Part shown: in pieces, positions 20,042 to 30,703 of the stretch | Numbering within the stretch: the stretch's first letter is position 1 | Layout: every line of letters starts with the position of its first letter | DNA from: Rhodocyclales bacterium | GTDB taxonomy: Bacteria; Pseudomonadota; Gammaproteobacteria; Burkholderiales; Rhodocyclaceae | Direction: 5' to 3' | DNA length: 64,000 bases | NCBI GenBank assembly: GCA_026399475.1 | Contig: JAPLQY010000032.1 | Span: forward strand, 149,817 to 213,816 | Translations under genes and position numbers: made by a program | The notes under the pieces: generated by a model | What the model saw: the letters and a program-made list of their open reading frames with translations, nothing else | Told to the model about the DNA's origin: nothing | The model's database searches: none

Positions 20042-20971
20042 TCATCGAGCGACTGCCGATGGTTGCAAAGCTTCACTCTGTTCCTGCCGGATAAGCCATG
20101 TCCGCTCCGACTTCACCAGCGTCAGGGTTTTTGTGACGCTTTCGCGACCCTTGTCGGAGCGGTACTCCTGCACGAAGCGCACTGTGGCCTGATTGCCTTC
20201 GACAGCGATTGCCAGATCGCCAATCCTGATGTCGATCCAACCCTTTCCCGTGATGCGCGCGCGCCTCTGGCGTTCCCACTGTTGCCGGGATTCGCCAGCC
20301 GGCGGCTGGAAGTCCGGGGCGTAGGCAGCGAAATAGCGATCGACCTGCCGCAGTGCCCACGCGTCGACCCAGCGAGCGATTGCGAGCAATATCTGGTCGC
20401 CGACGGGGGGCGACGGGATCGGAGCCGGGGCGACCGACGCCACTAAGAGGGCGACTTCAGCCGATGCGTTTTCGGAATTTTCCTGCCTTGCTTGCCCAGG
20501 CTGTTCCCTGTCTGCGTCGGCTTCCACCCTGACAGCCGGAGGAGGCGGGAGGGTGATGCACAGGGGCAGGCGCGCGTCGCCGGCTTGCACCACCTCCGGC
20601 ATTCGCATTGCGAAGCCGTGTCCCAGCGAAGCTGCGCGCTGAAACAGCGCTGCAGCGTGGCGGTCATCGCGCTCGACGCCGTTGCCATTCGCGTACATCC
20701 AGCCGAGTCGATAGGCGGCATCGGCATTGCCCTGGCGAGCGGCGGCACAATACATTTCCGCTGCCCGCCCGGCATTCCCGGCGACCCCTGCGCCGTGTTC
20801 ATATCGGAGCGCCGCGGCAATCAGCGGATCGTCACTTTGCAGCGAGGGAGTGGGTTCGTCGGCCAGGGCGGGTAGCGCCAGCATCGCTCCGAAGGCGACC
20901 AACAAGCACGCGACGAGGGGCGTCCGGATGCCTTCCGACAGGCTGCGGGGAATTTCGGCGGTGTGGGTCAT
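20042..20971 (-). CDS. Exported SEL1-repeat protein with a C-terminal NTF2/SnoaL-like domain
   Basis: Hydrophobic leader, SEL1 repeats (YEHGAGV, LGWMYANGNGV), C-terminal W..AW....Y...Y..DF...VRFVQEYRSD. Confidence 0.7.
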   Translation of the reverse strand: MTHTAEIPRSLSEGIRTPLVACLLVAFGAMLALPALADEPTPSLQSDDPLIAAALRYEHGAGVAGNAGRAAEMYCAAARQGNADAAYRLGWMYANGNGVERDDRHAAALFQRAASLGHGFAMRMPEVVQAGDARLPLCITLPPPPAVRVEADADREQPGQARQENSENASAEVALLVASVAPAPIPSPPVGDQILLAIARWVDAWALRQVDRYFAAYAPDFQPPAGESRQQWERQRRARITGKGWIDIRIGDLAIAVEGNQATVRFVQEYRSDKGRESVTKTLTLVKSERTWLIRQEQSEALQPSAVAR

Positions 20972-21067
20972 GAACGCGGGTGTCAAAGATGGATGGCTGA
21001 AGTGTAGCGGACGCGATTGTTCATGCGCCACCCGGTTCCGCAGCGAACAGGCTGGTATTCTTGCCCG

Positions 21068-22360
21068 ATGCAGATGCTCCCTCCCCTGGCCGAGGCCTTG
21101 CACGCGGCGGCCGGCCTGATTGCCGCAGTGCTCGCCGGGCGCAATTTCGATGTTGCGCTGGCACGTGCGGCCCTGCCCGGGTCGCTGCGTGCCGCGACCA
21201 TGGATCTGGCCTATTCCACCCTGCGCGCTTTTGGCCGCGGCGACTTTCTGCTCGGCCTGCTGCTCGAACGTCCGGTGAAGGACCCGACGGCGCGCGGCCT
21301 GTTGCTGGTCGCGCTGGCACGTCTCGAAGCGCGGCCGGACGAGGCCCATACCGTCGTCGATCAGGCCGTCACGGCGGCGGCGCGATTGGCCAGGGGCCAG
21401 TTCAAGGGCCTGATCAATGGCGTGCTGCGCAATTTCCTGCGCCGGCGCGAGGAATTGCTGGCCCTGGCTGCTGCCGACCCGGTGGCGCGCTGGCAGCATC
21501 CGGCGTGGTGGATCGCGCGCCTGCGGCAGGACCATCCGGCGCACTGGGAAAGCGTTCTCGCCGCCGGCAATACCCATCCGCCGATGTGTTTGCGGGTCAA
21601 TCGTCGCCGCGCATTGGGCACCCCGGCTAGCGCCGCCTATTTAGCCCAACTCCATGCAAATGGCATCGCTGCGCGTGCACTCGACACTGGCGCGATCCTG
21701 CTCGACCAGCCGCTGCCGGTGGAGCACATTCCGGGCTTTGGCGCGGGTTTGTGCTCGGTGCAGGACTGGGGTGCACAGGCCGCGGCTGGCCTGCTCGACG
21801 TGCATGACGGCATGCGCGTGCTGGATGCCTGCGCGGCGCCCGGCGGCAAGACGGCGCACTTGCTGGAAGCCGCGAACCTCGACCTGACCGCGCTCGATGC
21901 CGATCCCCTGCGCGCGGCCCGCATCACCGGCAATCTCGATCGACTGGGGCTGGCGGCGAGGGTGACGGTGGCCGACGCGCGTGCCGTCGATACGTGGTGG
22001 GATGGCCATCCCTATGACCGCATACTGGCCGACGTACCTTGTTCGGCCTCCGGCGTGGTGCGCCGCCACCCCGATGCAAAATGGCTGCGCCGCGAATCGG
22101 ACATCCCCGGATTTGCCGCGACGCAAAAGTCAATTGTCGACGCCCTGTGGCGAACTCTCGCTTCAGGTGGCAAAATGCTTTATGCCACCTGCTCGGTGTT
22201 TGGGGAGGAGAATGTCCGTCAGGTAGAGGCCTTCATCGGTCGCCATGCCGATGCCCGGCATCTGCCGACTCTGGTTGTCGCCACCAACGATGCACAACTG
22301 CAACATTTGCCCGATGCCGAACATGACGGCTTTTATTACGCGCTGCTGCAAAAGGATTAG
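21068..22360 (+). CDS. rsmB: 16S rRNA m5C967 methyltransferase
   Basis: NGVLRNF, LDACAAPGGKT, DVPCSASG, YATCS. Confidence 0.95.
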   Translation: MQMLPPLAEALHAAAGLIAAVLAGRNFDVALARAALPGSLRAATMDLAYSTLRAFGRGDFLLGLLLERPVKDPTARGLLLVALARLEARPDEAHTVVDQAVTAAARLARGQFKGLINGVLRNFLRRREELLALAAADPVARWQHPAWWIARLRQDHPAHWESVLAAGNTHPPMCLRVNRRRALGTPASAAYLAQLHANGIAARALDTGAILLDQPLPVEHIPGFGAGLCSVQDWGAQAAAGLLDVHDGMRVLDACAAPGGKTAHLLEAANLDLTALDADPLRAARITGNLDRLGLAARVTVADARAVDTWWDGHPYDRILADVPCSASGVVRRHPDAKWLRRESDIPGFAATQKSIVDALWRTLASGGKMLYATCSVFGEENVRQVEAFIGRHADARHLPTLVVATNDAQLQHLPDAEHDGFYYALLQKD

Positions 22361-22511
22361 CGTGAAACAACTTGTTCGGAGCGACTGGTGATAGTCGAGC
22401 GAAGCGAGCTGATCAGTAGCCTCCCCGTGAGGGGGGGATGGGAGGGGCGGGCCTTTAATTCGCCTTTCGCGTGTTTCATCATCTGGGGCGCTACGTTCTG
22501 CTGCATGAAAG
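22361..22511 (+). repeat. Family B junction element, copy 2 (rsmB-DUF4390)
   Basis: CGTGAAAC..CATGAAAG flanked by TTAG and TTAA; closely similar to 57068-57216. Confidence 0.88.
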
Positions 22512-23074
22512 TTAAAGCCGGGTTGTCGGCACTGGTGCTGGCGCTGCTGTTGCTGGCGACCGCCGCCGCGCATGCCGGCAGCATCGAGCCCAAGCGCGCC
22601 GCGCTGACCGCGGGCGAGGACGGCTACACGCTTTCCGCCGAGTTCGCGCTTGACCTCGGCAACCGGCTGGAAGACGCCGTGGCACGGGGCGTCCCGCTCT
22701 ACTTCAATCTCGAGTTCGTGCTCGAGCGCCACCGCAAGTATTGGGTCAACGAACACGTTACCACCCGCAGCCTGACCTATCGCCTGGCCTACAGCAGCCT
22801 GACCCGTCAGTACCGGCTCTCCACCGGCAGCCTGCACCAGAACTTCGGCAGCCTGGCCGAGGCGCTACGCGTGGTCGGCCGTATCGCCGCGCTGCCGGTG
22901 CTGGAAAAGGATGCCGTCAAGGCCGGTGAATCCTACGAGGCGGCCGTGCGTCTGGCGCTCGACCGCAGCCAGTTGCCCAAGCCTTTCCAGGTTGATGCCA
23001 TCACCGATCGGGCCTTGCAGGTGGAGGCGACAGTCCTGCGCTGGCAATTCGTGGCTCCTGCGGTGACGCCGTGA
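22505..23074 (+). CDS. DUF4390 domain protein
   Basis: Signal peptide, GVPLYF, LTRQYRL, LDRSQLPKPFQ; usual position between rsmB and ntrY. Confidence 0.85.
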   Translation: MKVKAGLSALVLALLLLATAAAHAGSIEPKRAALTAGEDGYTLSAEFALDLGNRLEDAVARGVPLYFNLEFVLERHRKYWVNEHVTTRSLTYRLAYSSLTRQYRLSTGSLHQNFGSLAEALRVVGRIAALPVLEKDAVKAGESYEAAVRLALDRSQLPKPFQVDAITDRALQVEATVLRWQFVAPAVTP

Positions 23075-23075
23075 G

Positions 23076-23186
23076 CGCTCCCCGCCGGACCGTCCCAAGG
23101 GGGGCGCAGCCAACCTACGGAGCCGCGCAGCGGCGAACCACCGTCACCCCCTGCCTCAGGCAGGGGGCCGGGGGGATGGTGGTCCA
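23076..23186 (-). repeat. Family A palindromic element, intergenic copy
   Basis: Reverse complement aligns with the inserts in priA and the ROK kinase; flanked by GTGAG direct repeats. Confidence 0.85.
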
Positions 23187-25310
23187 GTGAGGGTCGCGCT
23201 CGCGGTTATCGCCGCGCTGGGTGCCATCCTGCTGTTCCTGCTGGCTTCCGCGTCAGCCAATACCGCCCTGTTTGCCGAGAATTATCCCTGGCTGCTGGCA
23301 ATCAATGGCGCGGCGGCCGTTGCCTTGCTGGCGCTGGTCGGCCTGCAGTTGCAGCGTTTGCGCAGCGATTTCAGAAGCGGCGTGTTCGGCTCGCGCCTGA
23401 AATCCCGCCTGCTGTTGATGCTGTCGTTGATGGCCGTGTTGCCCGGCGCGCTGGTGTATGGCGTTTCGATGCAGTTTGCGGTGAAGAGTATTGATTCATG
23501 GTTCGATGTGCGCGTCGATGCGGCGCTGGAAGGCGGCCTCAATCTTGGCCGCAGCGTGCTCGATACCCTGCAGGCCGATTTGCTGGCGAAAGCCCGTGAC
23601 GCGGCGCTGGATCTGGGGGACGGCTCCTTCGTCAGCCCGAGCCGGCTGAATCGGTTGCGTGAGCAGGCGGGCGCCCAGACCGCGACCTTGCTCACGCAAT
23701 CCGGCCAGGTACTGGGCACCAGTTCGGGAGAAATGGGCAGCCTCCTGCCTTCCATCCCGGCGACCAGTCAACTGCGCGGAGTGCGCAGCGGGCGCGGGTT
23801 GGCGCTGATTGGTGACGCCGAGGGCGGCGGCCTGATGGTACGTGCCCTGGCACCCGTGAGCAGTAGCGGCCTCAATCTCGATCCGCGAATCCTGCAATTG
23901 ACGCTGGCGGTGCCGGTATCGATTGCGAAAAGCGCTGAAAGCGTCGAGGCGGCGCATCGCGACTATCAGGAACTGCAACTCGGACGGGTCGGCCTGAAGC
24001 GCATTTACACGTTGACGCTGACGCTGGCCCTGTTGCTGGCCCTGTTCGCCGCGATTGCCCTGGCCTTCTTCCTTGCCGAGCGTCTGGCGCGACCCCTGCT
24101 GATTCTTGCCGAAGGCACCCAGGCGGTGGCGGCCGGCGATTTCACGCCGCGCGCCACGGTTGAGGCGTCCGACGAACTCGGCGTGCTGACGCATTCGTTC
24201 AACAGCATGACGCATCAATTGAGCGAGGCGCGTGCGCAGGCCGAGCATCATCGCCAGGAAACCGACGCGGCGCAGGCCTATCTGGAATCCGTGCTGGCGA
24301 ATCTGTCGGCCGGCGTGCTGGCGTTCGATTTGCGTTTTCGTCTGCGTGCGGCGAATCGAGGCGCGCTGGCGATTCTCGGCGACGACCTCAATGGTTTTGA
24401 ACAGACGCGCCTGCAGGACTGGCCGCGCCACGAGACCCTGGCTGGAGCCATTCTGGGCGGTTTCGCCCGGCGTGCCGACGAATGGCAGGAACAACTCGAA
24501 ATAGCCCGCCCGGACGGCATGCCGCAGGCGCTGCTGGTGCGCGGCACAGCACTGCCGGCCGCGGGCGGCGGCGGTTATGTGGTGGTGTTCGACGACATCA
24601 CCCGGCTGATCGCCGCGCAGCGTTCCGCGGCCTGGGGCGAGGTGGCGCAACGCCTCGCCCACGAGATCAAGAATCCCCTGACGCCGATCCAGTTGTCTGC
24701 CGAGCGGCTGCAACTCAAGTTGGCCGACCAGCTGACCGGCGCCTCGCGGGAATTGCTGGATCGTGCCACACAGACCATCGTCAATCAGGTCGAGGCGATG
24801 AAGAACATGGTGAATGACTTCCGCGACTACGCGCGCACGCCCCTGCCGCAACTCGCCGCAGTCGATCTCGATGCCCTGATCGGCGAGGTGCTGGGTCTCT
24901 ACGAGAATTCGCTGGCCGTGATCGCTATAGCGTCAGCGCCGACTCCACCTCTGCCGCGGGTGCTGGCCGATGCCAATCAGATGCGGCAGGTGCTGCACAA
25001 CGTTCTGACCAACGCGCAGGATGCGCTGATCGACATGGCGGAGGCTCGCATCACGATTGCCACGACGCAGGAAGGAGTGCGCGCGCGTCTGACCGTCAAG
25101 GACAATGGTCCGGGTTTTCCGCCGCAGATTCTTTCCCGCGCCTTCGAGCCCTACGTCACTACCAAATCGCGAGGCACCGGGCTCGGGCTGGCGATCGTGA
25201 AGAAAATCGTGGATGACCACGGCGGCGAGATTCGCCTGGCGAACAATAATGGTGGTGAGGTAAGCATCTGGCTGCCGCTGGCAACGCAGGATGTGGCAAA
25301 GGGGATCTAG
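23187..25310 (+). CDS. ntrY: NtrY-like sensor histidine kinase
   Basis: TM segments, HAMP, PAS, LAHEIKNPLTPIQLS, GTGLGL. Confidence 0.85.
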   Translation: MRVALAVIAALGAILLFLLASASANTALFAENYPWLLAINGAAAVALLALVGLQLQRLRSDFRSGVFGSRLKSRLLLMLSLMAVLPGALVYGVSMQFAVKSIDSWFDVRVDAALEGGLNLGRSVLDTLQADLLAKARDAALDLGDGSFVSPSRLNRLREQAGAQTATLLTQSGQVLGTSSGEMGSLLPSIPATSQLRGVRSGRGLALIGDAEGGGLMVRALAPVSSSGLNLDPRILQLTLAVPVSIAKSAESVEAAHRDYQELQLGRVGLKRIYTLTLTLALLLALFAAIALAFFLAERLARPLLILAEGTQAVAAGDFTPRATVEASDELGVLTHSFNSMTHQLSEARAQAEHHRQETDAAQAYLESVLANLSAGVLAFDLRFRLRAANRGALAILGDDLNGFEQTRLQDWPRHETLAGAILGGFARRADEWQEQLEIARPDGMPQALLVRGTALPAAGGGGYVVVFDDITRLIAAQRSAAWGEVAQRLAHEIKNPLTPIQLSAERLQLKLADQLTGASRELLDRATQTIVNQVEAMKNMVNDFRDYARTPLPQLAAVDLDALIGEVLGLYENSLAVIAIASAPTPPLPRVLADANQMRQVLHNVLTNAQDALIDMAEARITIATTQEGVRARLTVKDNGPGFPPQILSRAFEPYVTTKSRGTGLGLAIVKKIVDDHGGEIRLANNNGGEVSIWLPLATQDVAKGI

Positions 25311-25314
25311 AAAC

Positions 25315-26550
25315 ATGTCGAAGATACTGGTGGTAGATGACGAAGTCGGGATACGCGAGCTGCTCTCGGAGATTCTGCGCGACGAAGGCCACGACGTTCA
25401 ACTCGCTGAAAACGGAGCAGCGGCGAGGGCGGCGCGCGAGGCCGGGCGCCCCGACATGGTGCTGCTCGACATCTGGATGCCGGATACCGATGGCATTACG
25501 CTGCTGAAGGAGTGGGCGGGCAACGGCCAGCTCAACATGCCGGTGGTGATGATGTCGGGTCATGCCACCATAGACACGGCCGTGGAAGCGACCAAGATCG
25601 GCGCGCTGGATTTTCTGGAAAAGCCGATCGGCATGCAAAAGCTGCTGGCGGCGGTGAAGAAGGCGCTGGAGCGCAGCGCTCGCCATGTGGGCGGCGGCCT
25701 GTCACTGGGGGCATTTGCGCGCCCCGGCCCCCTGCGCGATCTCAAGCGCCGGCTCGATCAGGTGCTGGCCAAGAGCCCGCTGCTGCTGCTGCGTTCCGCA
25801 CCTGGCGGCATTGTCGAACTGGTGGCGCGCACGGCTCAGGTCGCCGGCAAGCCATGGATCGATCTGGCGCACGATTCCAACCCCTTGAGTACCGAAATGC
25901 TGCAACGCGCCGCGGGAGGCGTGCTGTGGTGCGAGGAACTGGCACGCCTGACGCGGCTGCAGCAGAAGAACCTGCTTTTCGCCGCCGAACGCCTCGATCG
26001 CTACAGCCTGCGCCTGGTGGCCGCTACCACGCACACCAGTGCGGAACTGGTGAGCCTGGGCTGGGAGGAAGCCGGACTGGTACGCCTTTTTGAAACCGGG
26101 CTGGGGGTGCCAGGACTGGCCGAATTGAAGGACGAAGTTCCCGACATTGCCGCGCATCTGCTGGCGCAGTTGATGGAAAGTGACGAGATTCCGTTGCGGC
26201 GGTTTTCCAGCGCTGCCCTCAACGCCTTGCGCCAGCATGCTTGGACTGGTGGCTATGTGGAGCTCAGGGGCGCGGTAAAGTCGCTCGCGCTGGCCAGTCT
26301 TGGCGAGGAAATCGGTGAAGACGAGGCGCTGGCGCTTCTGGCGCCGGCCGGCGAGCCCAGTCTGGTGCCGGCAGGTCTGGCGCCCGAAGTCATCGAGTTG
26401 CCCTTGCGCGAGGCGCGCGAAGCCTTCGAGCGCATGTACTTCGGATACCACCTGGCCAAGGATGGCGGCAACATGACGCGTCTGGCGGAAAAGACCGGGC
26501 TGGAGCGCACCCATCTGTATCGCAAGCTGAAGGACCTCGGACTACGTTAG
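25315..26550 (+). CDS. ntrX: NtrX-like response regulator with degenerate AAA+ domain
   Basis: Receiver LLDIWMPD, Fis-type HTH ERTHLYRKL; no Walker A or GAFTGA. Confidence 0.8.
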   Translation: MSKILVVDDEVGIRELLSEILRDEGHDVQLAENGAAARAAREAGRPDMVLLDIWMPDTDGITLLKEWAGNGQLNMPVVMMSGHATIDTAVEATKIGALDFLEKPIGMQKLLAAVKKALERSARHVGGGLSLGAFARPGPLRDLKRRLDQVLAKSPLLLLRSAPGGIVELVARTAQVAGKPWIDLAHDSNPLSTEMLQRAAGGVLWCEELARLTRLQQKNLLFAAERLDRYSLRLVAATTHTSAELVSLGWEEAGLVRLFETGLGVPGLAELKDEVPDIAAHLLAQLMESDEIPLRRFSSAALNALRQHAWTGGYVELRGAVKSLALASLGEEIGEDEALALLAPAGEPSLVPAGLAPEVIELPLREAREAFERMYFGYHLAKDGGNMTRLAEKTGLERTHLYRKLKDLGLR

Positions 26551-26560
26551 GCGGCACACC

Positions 26561-27991
26561 ATGAAAATCATCATCCTCGGCGCCGGTCAGGTCGGCGCTT
26601 CAGTGGCCGAGGCGCTGGCCTCGGAAGCCAACGACATCACGGTCGTGGACCAGAGCGGCCAATGTCTGGCGCAACTGGCCGAGCATCTGGATGTGCGCAC
26701 GGTAGTCGGCAACGCGGCGCTGCCCTCCGTGCTCAAGGACGCCGGCATCGAAGATGCTGAAATGCTGGTGGCGGTGACGCAGTCGGACCAGACCAATCTG
26801 GTGGCCTGCAAGATTGCGCGCGGCTTGTTCAATGTGCCGACGCGCATCGCGCGGCTGCGCGGCGTCGACTTCCTCGGCGATGAAAAGTTGCTGGCCGACG
26901 ACATGTTCAGCGTCAGTCATGCGATTTGCCCCGAGCAGGAGGTGACCGACTACATCGCGCGACTGGTCGCGTTTCCCGAAGCACTGCAAGTCCTCGAGTT
27001 TGCCAACGGCAGCGTTACGCTGGTGTGCGTGCGCGCGTACGAGGGCGGTCTCCTGGTAGGCAAGTCGATCAATACCATGAAGGAGCATCTGGGGTCCAGT
27101 GTCGAGGCACGCATCGCCGCCATCTTCCGCGACCTGCAGCCAGTGGACCCGCGGGGCGACACGATCATCGAGGCCGGCGACGAGGTTTTTCTGCTGGCGG
27201 CGACACGCTTCATCCGGCCTGTTTTGCGCGAGTTGCGACGCATGCAGGAGCCTGTGAAGCGGGTGATGATCGCCGGTGGCGGCAACATCGGGGCGCGCGT
27301 GGCCGAAGCGCTGGAAGCCAATCATGAAGTCAAGATCATCGAGCGCGACCCGCGCCGCGCCGAGACCATCGCCGTGCGTCTGTCCGGGGCGCTGGTGTTG
27401 TGTGCCGAAGCCACCAACGAAAAGGTGCTGGCGCAGGAGAACATCGACGAAATGGACATGTTTCTTGCGCTGACCAACGATGATGAAGACAACATCATGG
27501 CCGCCTCGCTGGCCAAGCGACTGGGTTGCAAGCGCGTCCTGGCACTGATCAACCGCCGCGCATATGCCGATATGGTGCAGGGCGGACCAATCGACATCGG
27601 CTTGTCGCCGGCGCAGATATCCATCGGTTCGTTGCTCGCCTATGTGCGGCGCGGAGATGTGGAGCGGGTGCACAGCCTGCGCCGCGGGGCGGCGGAAGCC
27701 CTGGAACTGGTGGTGCATGGCGACCGTTCAACGTCAAAAGTGGTCGGCCGGCGCATCGAGGAGTTGCCGGTTATCAAGGGTGCGCGCATCGCCGCCATAG
27801 TGCGTAAAGGCAAGGAGGCCAGCGTCGTGCGGCGCGAGGGTTTTCTGGTCGATGAGATCTTCGATGAAGTGGTGATTCCCCATCATGACACGGTGATCGA
27901 GACGGGAGACCATGTCGTGGTGTTTTGCACCCGCAAGCAGCAGGTGGTGCAAGTCGAAAAACTGTTCCAGGTCAGCGCGGGATTCTTCTGA
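26561..27991 (+). CDS. trkA: Trk K+ uptake NAD-binding subunit
   Basis: GAGQVG and GGGNIG RCK motifs, SLRRGAAEALE. Confidence 0.95.
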   Translation: MKIIILGAGQVGASVAEALASEANDITVVDQSGQCLAQLAEHLDVRTVVGNAALPSVLKDAGIEDAEMLVAVTQSDQTNLVACKIARGLFNVPTRIARLRGVDFLGDEKLLADDMFSVSHAICPEQEVTDYIARLVAFPEALQVLEFANGSVTLVCVRAYEGGLLVGKSINTMKEHLGSSVEARIAAIFRDLQPVDPRGDTIIEAGDEVFLLAATRFIRPVLRELRRMQEPVKRVMIAGGGNIGARVAEALEANHEVKIIERDPRRAETIAVRLSGALVLCAEATNEKVLAQENIDEMDMFLALTNDDEDNIMAASLAKRLGCKRVLALINRRAYADMVQGGPIDIGLSPAQISIGSLLAYVRRGDVERVHSLRRGAAEALELVVHGDRSTSKVVGRRIEELPVIKGARIAAIVRKGKEASVVRREGFLVDEIFDEVVIPHHDTVIETGDHVVVFCTRKQQVVQVEKLFQVSAGFF

Positions 27992-29451
27992 TGTTTTATC
28001 GTTTGCTGCCGGTCAGCCACGTTCTCGGCGGGATGCTGATGTTTTTCAGCATCACCTACCTGATGCCGATCGTGAGCGCCGTGATCTATGACGACGGCAC
28101 GCTGATCGACTTCATCGACGCGATGACGATATCGTTTGCCGCCGGGTTTGTGCTCTGGTTCGGCACACGCCGCCACAAGCGCGAATTGAAGCCGCGCGAC
28201 GGCTTTCTGCTGGTGACTCTGGCCTGGATCATGATGGCTGGGATCGCCACGCTGCCGCTGATGCTGGCGATCGACGACCTCTCTTTTACCGACGCGTACT
28301 TCGAGACCATGTCGGGACTGACCACCACGGGCGCCACGGTTCTGTCCGGGCTGGACAAGCTGCCGCCGTCGATCAACCTCTGGCGCCACGAACTCAACTG
28401 GGTGGGCGGCATGGGCATCATCGTGCTGGCGGTGGCGATCCTGCCGCTGCTCGGTGTCGGCGGCATGCAACTCTACAAGGCCGAGACCACCGGGGTGATG
28501 AAGGATTCCAAGCTGACGGCACGTATCGCCGACACGGCCAAGGCGCTCTGGCTGGTGTATTTCGGCATCACGGTGGCCTGCATCCTGTCCTTGAAGGTGG
28601 TCGGCATGAACTGGCTGGACGCCATCTGCCACGCCTTCGCCGCGATGGGCCTGGGCGGTTTTTCGACCTACGACGACAGTGTCGGGCATTTTGATTCGCC
28701 GGCCATCGAAGCGGTGCTGATCTTCTTCATGATGGTCGCCGGCATGAACTTCGCCACCCACTTTGTCGCCTGGCGCGGGCGCTCGCTGCGAGCCTACTGG
28801 ATGGACATGGAAGCCAAGGCCTTCGTCGCCCTGATTGTTGTCAGCACCCTCGTGTGCACCCTGTATCTCACCGTACAGGGTACGTACCCGAGCTTTCTGA
28901 CCGCGCTGCGTCACGTCGCCTTCAACCTGGTTTCGATTGCCACCGATTGCGGATTTGCCAGCCAGGACTACGACAAGTGGCCGATTTTCGTTCCTCTGTG
29001 GATGCTCTTCCTCTCCTGCGTCTCGGTCAGCTCGGGCTCCACCGGCGGCGGCATCAAGATGATCCGCACGCTGATTCTCGCGCAGCAGGGCCTGATCGAA
29101 CTCAAGCGCCTGGTCCATCCGCAACTGGTAGCGCCGTTACGCGTGGGCGACACCGCCATTCCGCAACAGATTGTCGGCGCCGTGCTCGGCTTCATCTTTC
29201 TTTACATCCTGGCGGTGGGCGAACTGACTTTCTTTCTGGTGGCCAGCGGGCTGGATTTCACTTCGTCGATCACCGCCATCGTCGCGTGCATCAACAATGC
29301 CGGCCCCGGCCTCAATGTCGTCGGGCCGGCCCAGAACTATGGAGTCCTGACGGACTTCCAGACCTGGGTATGTACTTTCGCGATGCTGCTCGGGCGCCTG
29401 GAAGTTCTGTCGGTCTTTGTATTGTTTACCCCGGCTTTCTGGCGTCGCTAG
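27991..29451 (+). CDS. trkH: Trk K+ uptake membrane subunit
   Basis: [27 protein letters not shown]. Confidence 0.95.
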   Translation: MFYRLLPVSHVLGGMLMFFSITYLMPIVSAVIYDDGTLIDFIDAMTISFAAGFVLWFGTRRHKRELKPRDGFLLVTLAWIMMAGIATLPLMLAIDDLSFTDAYFETMSGLTTTGATVLSGLDKLPPSINLWRHELNWVGGMGIIVLAVAILPLLGVGGMQLYKAETTGVMKDSKLTARIADTAKALWLVYFGITVACILSLKVVGMNWLDAICHAFAAMGLGGFSTYDDSVGHFDSPAIEAVLIFFMMVAGMNFATHFVAWRGRSLRAYWMDMEAKAFVALIVVSTLVCTLYLTVQGTYPSFLTALRHVAFNLVSIATDCGFASQDYDKWPIFVPLWMLFLSCVSVSSGSTGGGIKMIRTLILAQQGLIELKRLVHPQLVAPLRVGDTAIPQQIVGAVLGFIFLYILAVGELTFFLVASGLDFTSSITAIVACINNAGPGLNVVGPAQNYGVLTDFQTWVCTFAMLLGRLEVLSVFVLFTPAFWRR

Positions 29452-29497
29452 AGCGGCAGGTGCGATAATCCATCTTTGTCTCGCTGGATCGCACCTC

Positions 29498-30601
29498 ATG
29501 TCACCCTCGGCCCGTCCCAAGAATGATACTTTTCTGCGCGCGCTGCTGCGCGAACCCGTCGACTACACCCCCGTGTGGCTGATGCGTCAGGCCGGACGCT
29601 ATCTACCTGAATACAACGAAACTCGACGCCGCGCCGGCAGCTTCCTCAATCTGTGCAAGAACCCGCAACTGGCCTGCGAGGTCACGCTGCAACCGCTGGC
29701 GCGTTTCGAACTCGATGCGGCCATCCTGTTCTCCGACATTCTCACCGTGCCTGACGCGATGGGCCTCGGTTTGTATTTTGCCGACGGCGAGGGCCCGAAG
29801 TTCGAGCGCCCGCTGCGCGAGGAATGGGTGATTCGCGACCTGACTGCGCCCGATCCCAATGTGCACCTGCGCTACGTGATGGATGCGGTGGCCGAGATTC
29901 GCCGCGCGCTGGGCGGCTCGGTGCCGCTGATCGGCTTTTCGGGCAGTCCGTGGACCCTGGCCTGTTACATGGTGGAAGGCGGCTCGGGTTCCGCGACCGA
30001 CTACCGCACGGTCAAGACCATGCTCTACGATCGCCCCGATCTGCTGCATCACATCCTGGCGGTGACGGCCACGGCGGTGACGGACTACCTCAATGCCCAG
30101 ATCGAATCCGGCGCGCAGGCGGTCATGATCTTCGACTCCTGGGGCGGCGCCCTGTCGCACGCGGCCTATCGCGAGTTCTCGCTGGCTTATATGCAACGCA
30201 TCCTTGCCGACCTGAAGCGCAGCCATGATGGCGAGCGCGTGCCCTGCATCGTGTTTACCAAGGGCGGCGGCCAATGGCTGGAGGCCATTGCCGACATCGG
30301 CTGCGATGCAGTCGGTCTCGACTGGACTACCGACCTGGGTGAAGCACGTCGGCGCGTCGGCGACCGTGTTGCATTGCAAGGCAATCTTGATCCGATGGCC
30401 TTGTTCGCATCGCCCGATAAAGTGGCCGCGGAAGCGCGACGCGTGCTGGACAGTTTCGGCGACGATCCCAGCGGCAAGAACTCGGGCGGGCACGTCTTCA
30501 ATCTCGGTCATGGCATTTCCCAATTTACCCCGCCGGAAAATGTCAAAGTGCTGGTTGACACCGTGCACAGCCACAGCCGGCGCGGTTTCGCGCGGGGCTG
30601 A
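29498..30601 (+). CDS. hemE: Uroporphyrinogen decarboxylase
   Basis: [33 protein letters not shown]. Confidence 0.97.
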   Translation: MSPSARPKNDTFLRALLREPVDYTPVWLMRQAGRYLPEYNETRRRAGSFLNLCKNPQLACEVTLQPLARFELDAAILFSDILTVPDAMGLGLYFADGEGPKFERPLREEWVIRDLTAPDPNVHLRYVMDAVAEIRRALGGSVPLIGFSGSPWTLACYMVEGGSGSATDYRTVKTMLYDRPDLLHHILAVTATAVTDYLNAQIESGAQAVMIFDSWGGALSHAAYREFSLAYMQRILADLKRSHDGERVPCIVFTKGGGQWLEAIADIGCDAVGLDWTTDLGEARRRVGDRVALQGNLDPMALFASPDKVAAEARRVLDSFGDDPSGKNSGGHVFNLGHGISQFTPPENVKVLVDTVHSHSRRGFARG

Positions 30602-30703
30602 TTTGCCAAGCCAGCGGGGGTGCGGTTTGCGCCGCTTGCTCCCGCGGAAAAGGCCACCGGGCAAGGCTTGCCGCGGGGCAAGAAAATGCCTCCTCCTGTT
30701 GAC

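Noticed and set aside
22388-22504. N-terminal extension of DUF4390 in the ORF track (also xerC 57060-57077)
   Set aside because: These read through family B repeat sequence; the downstream ATGs fit better.
27800-27880. Extra segment in the TrkA C-terminal domain
   Set aside because: No palindrome or similarity to families A/B; normal codon usage.
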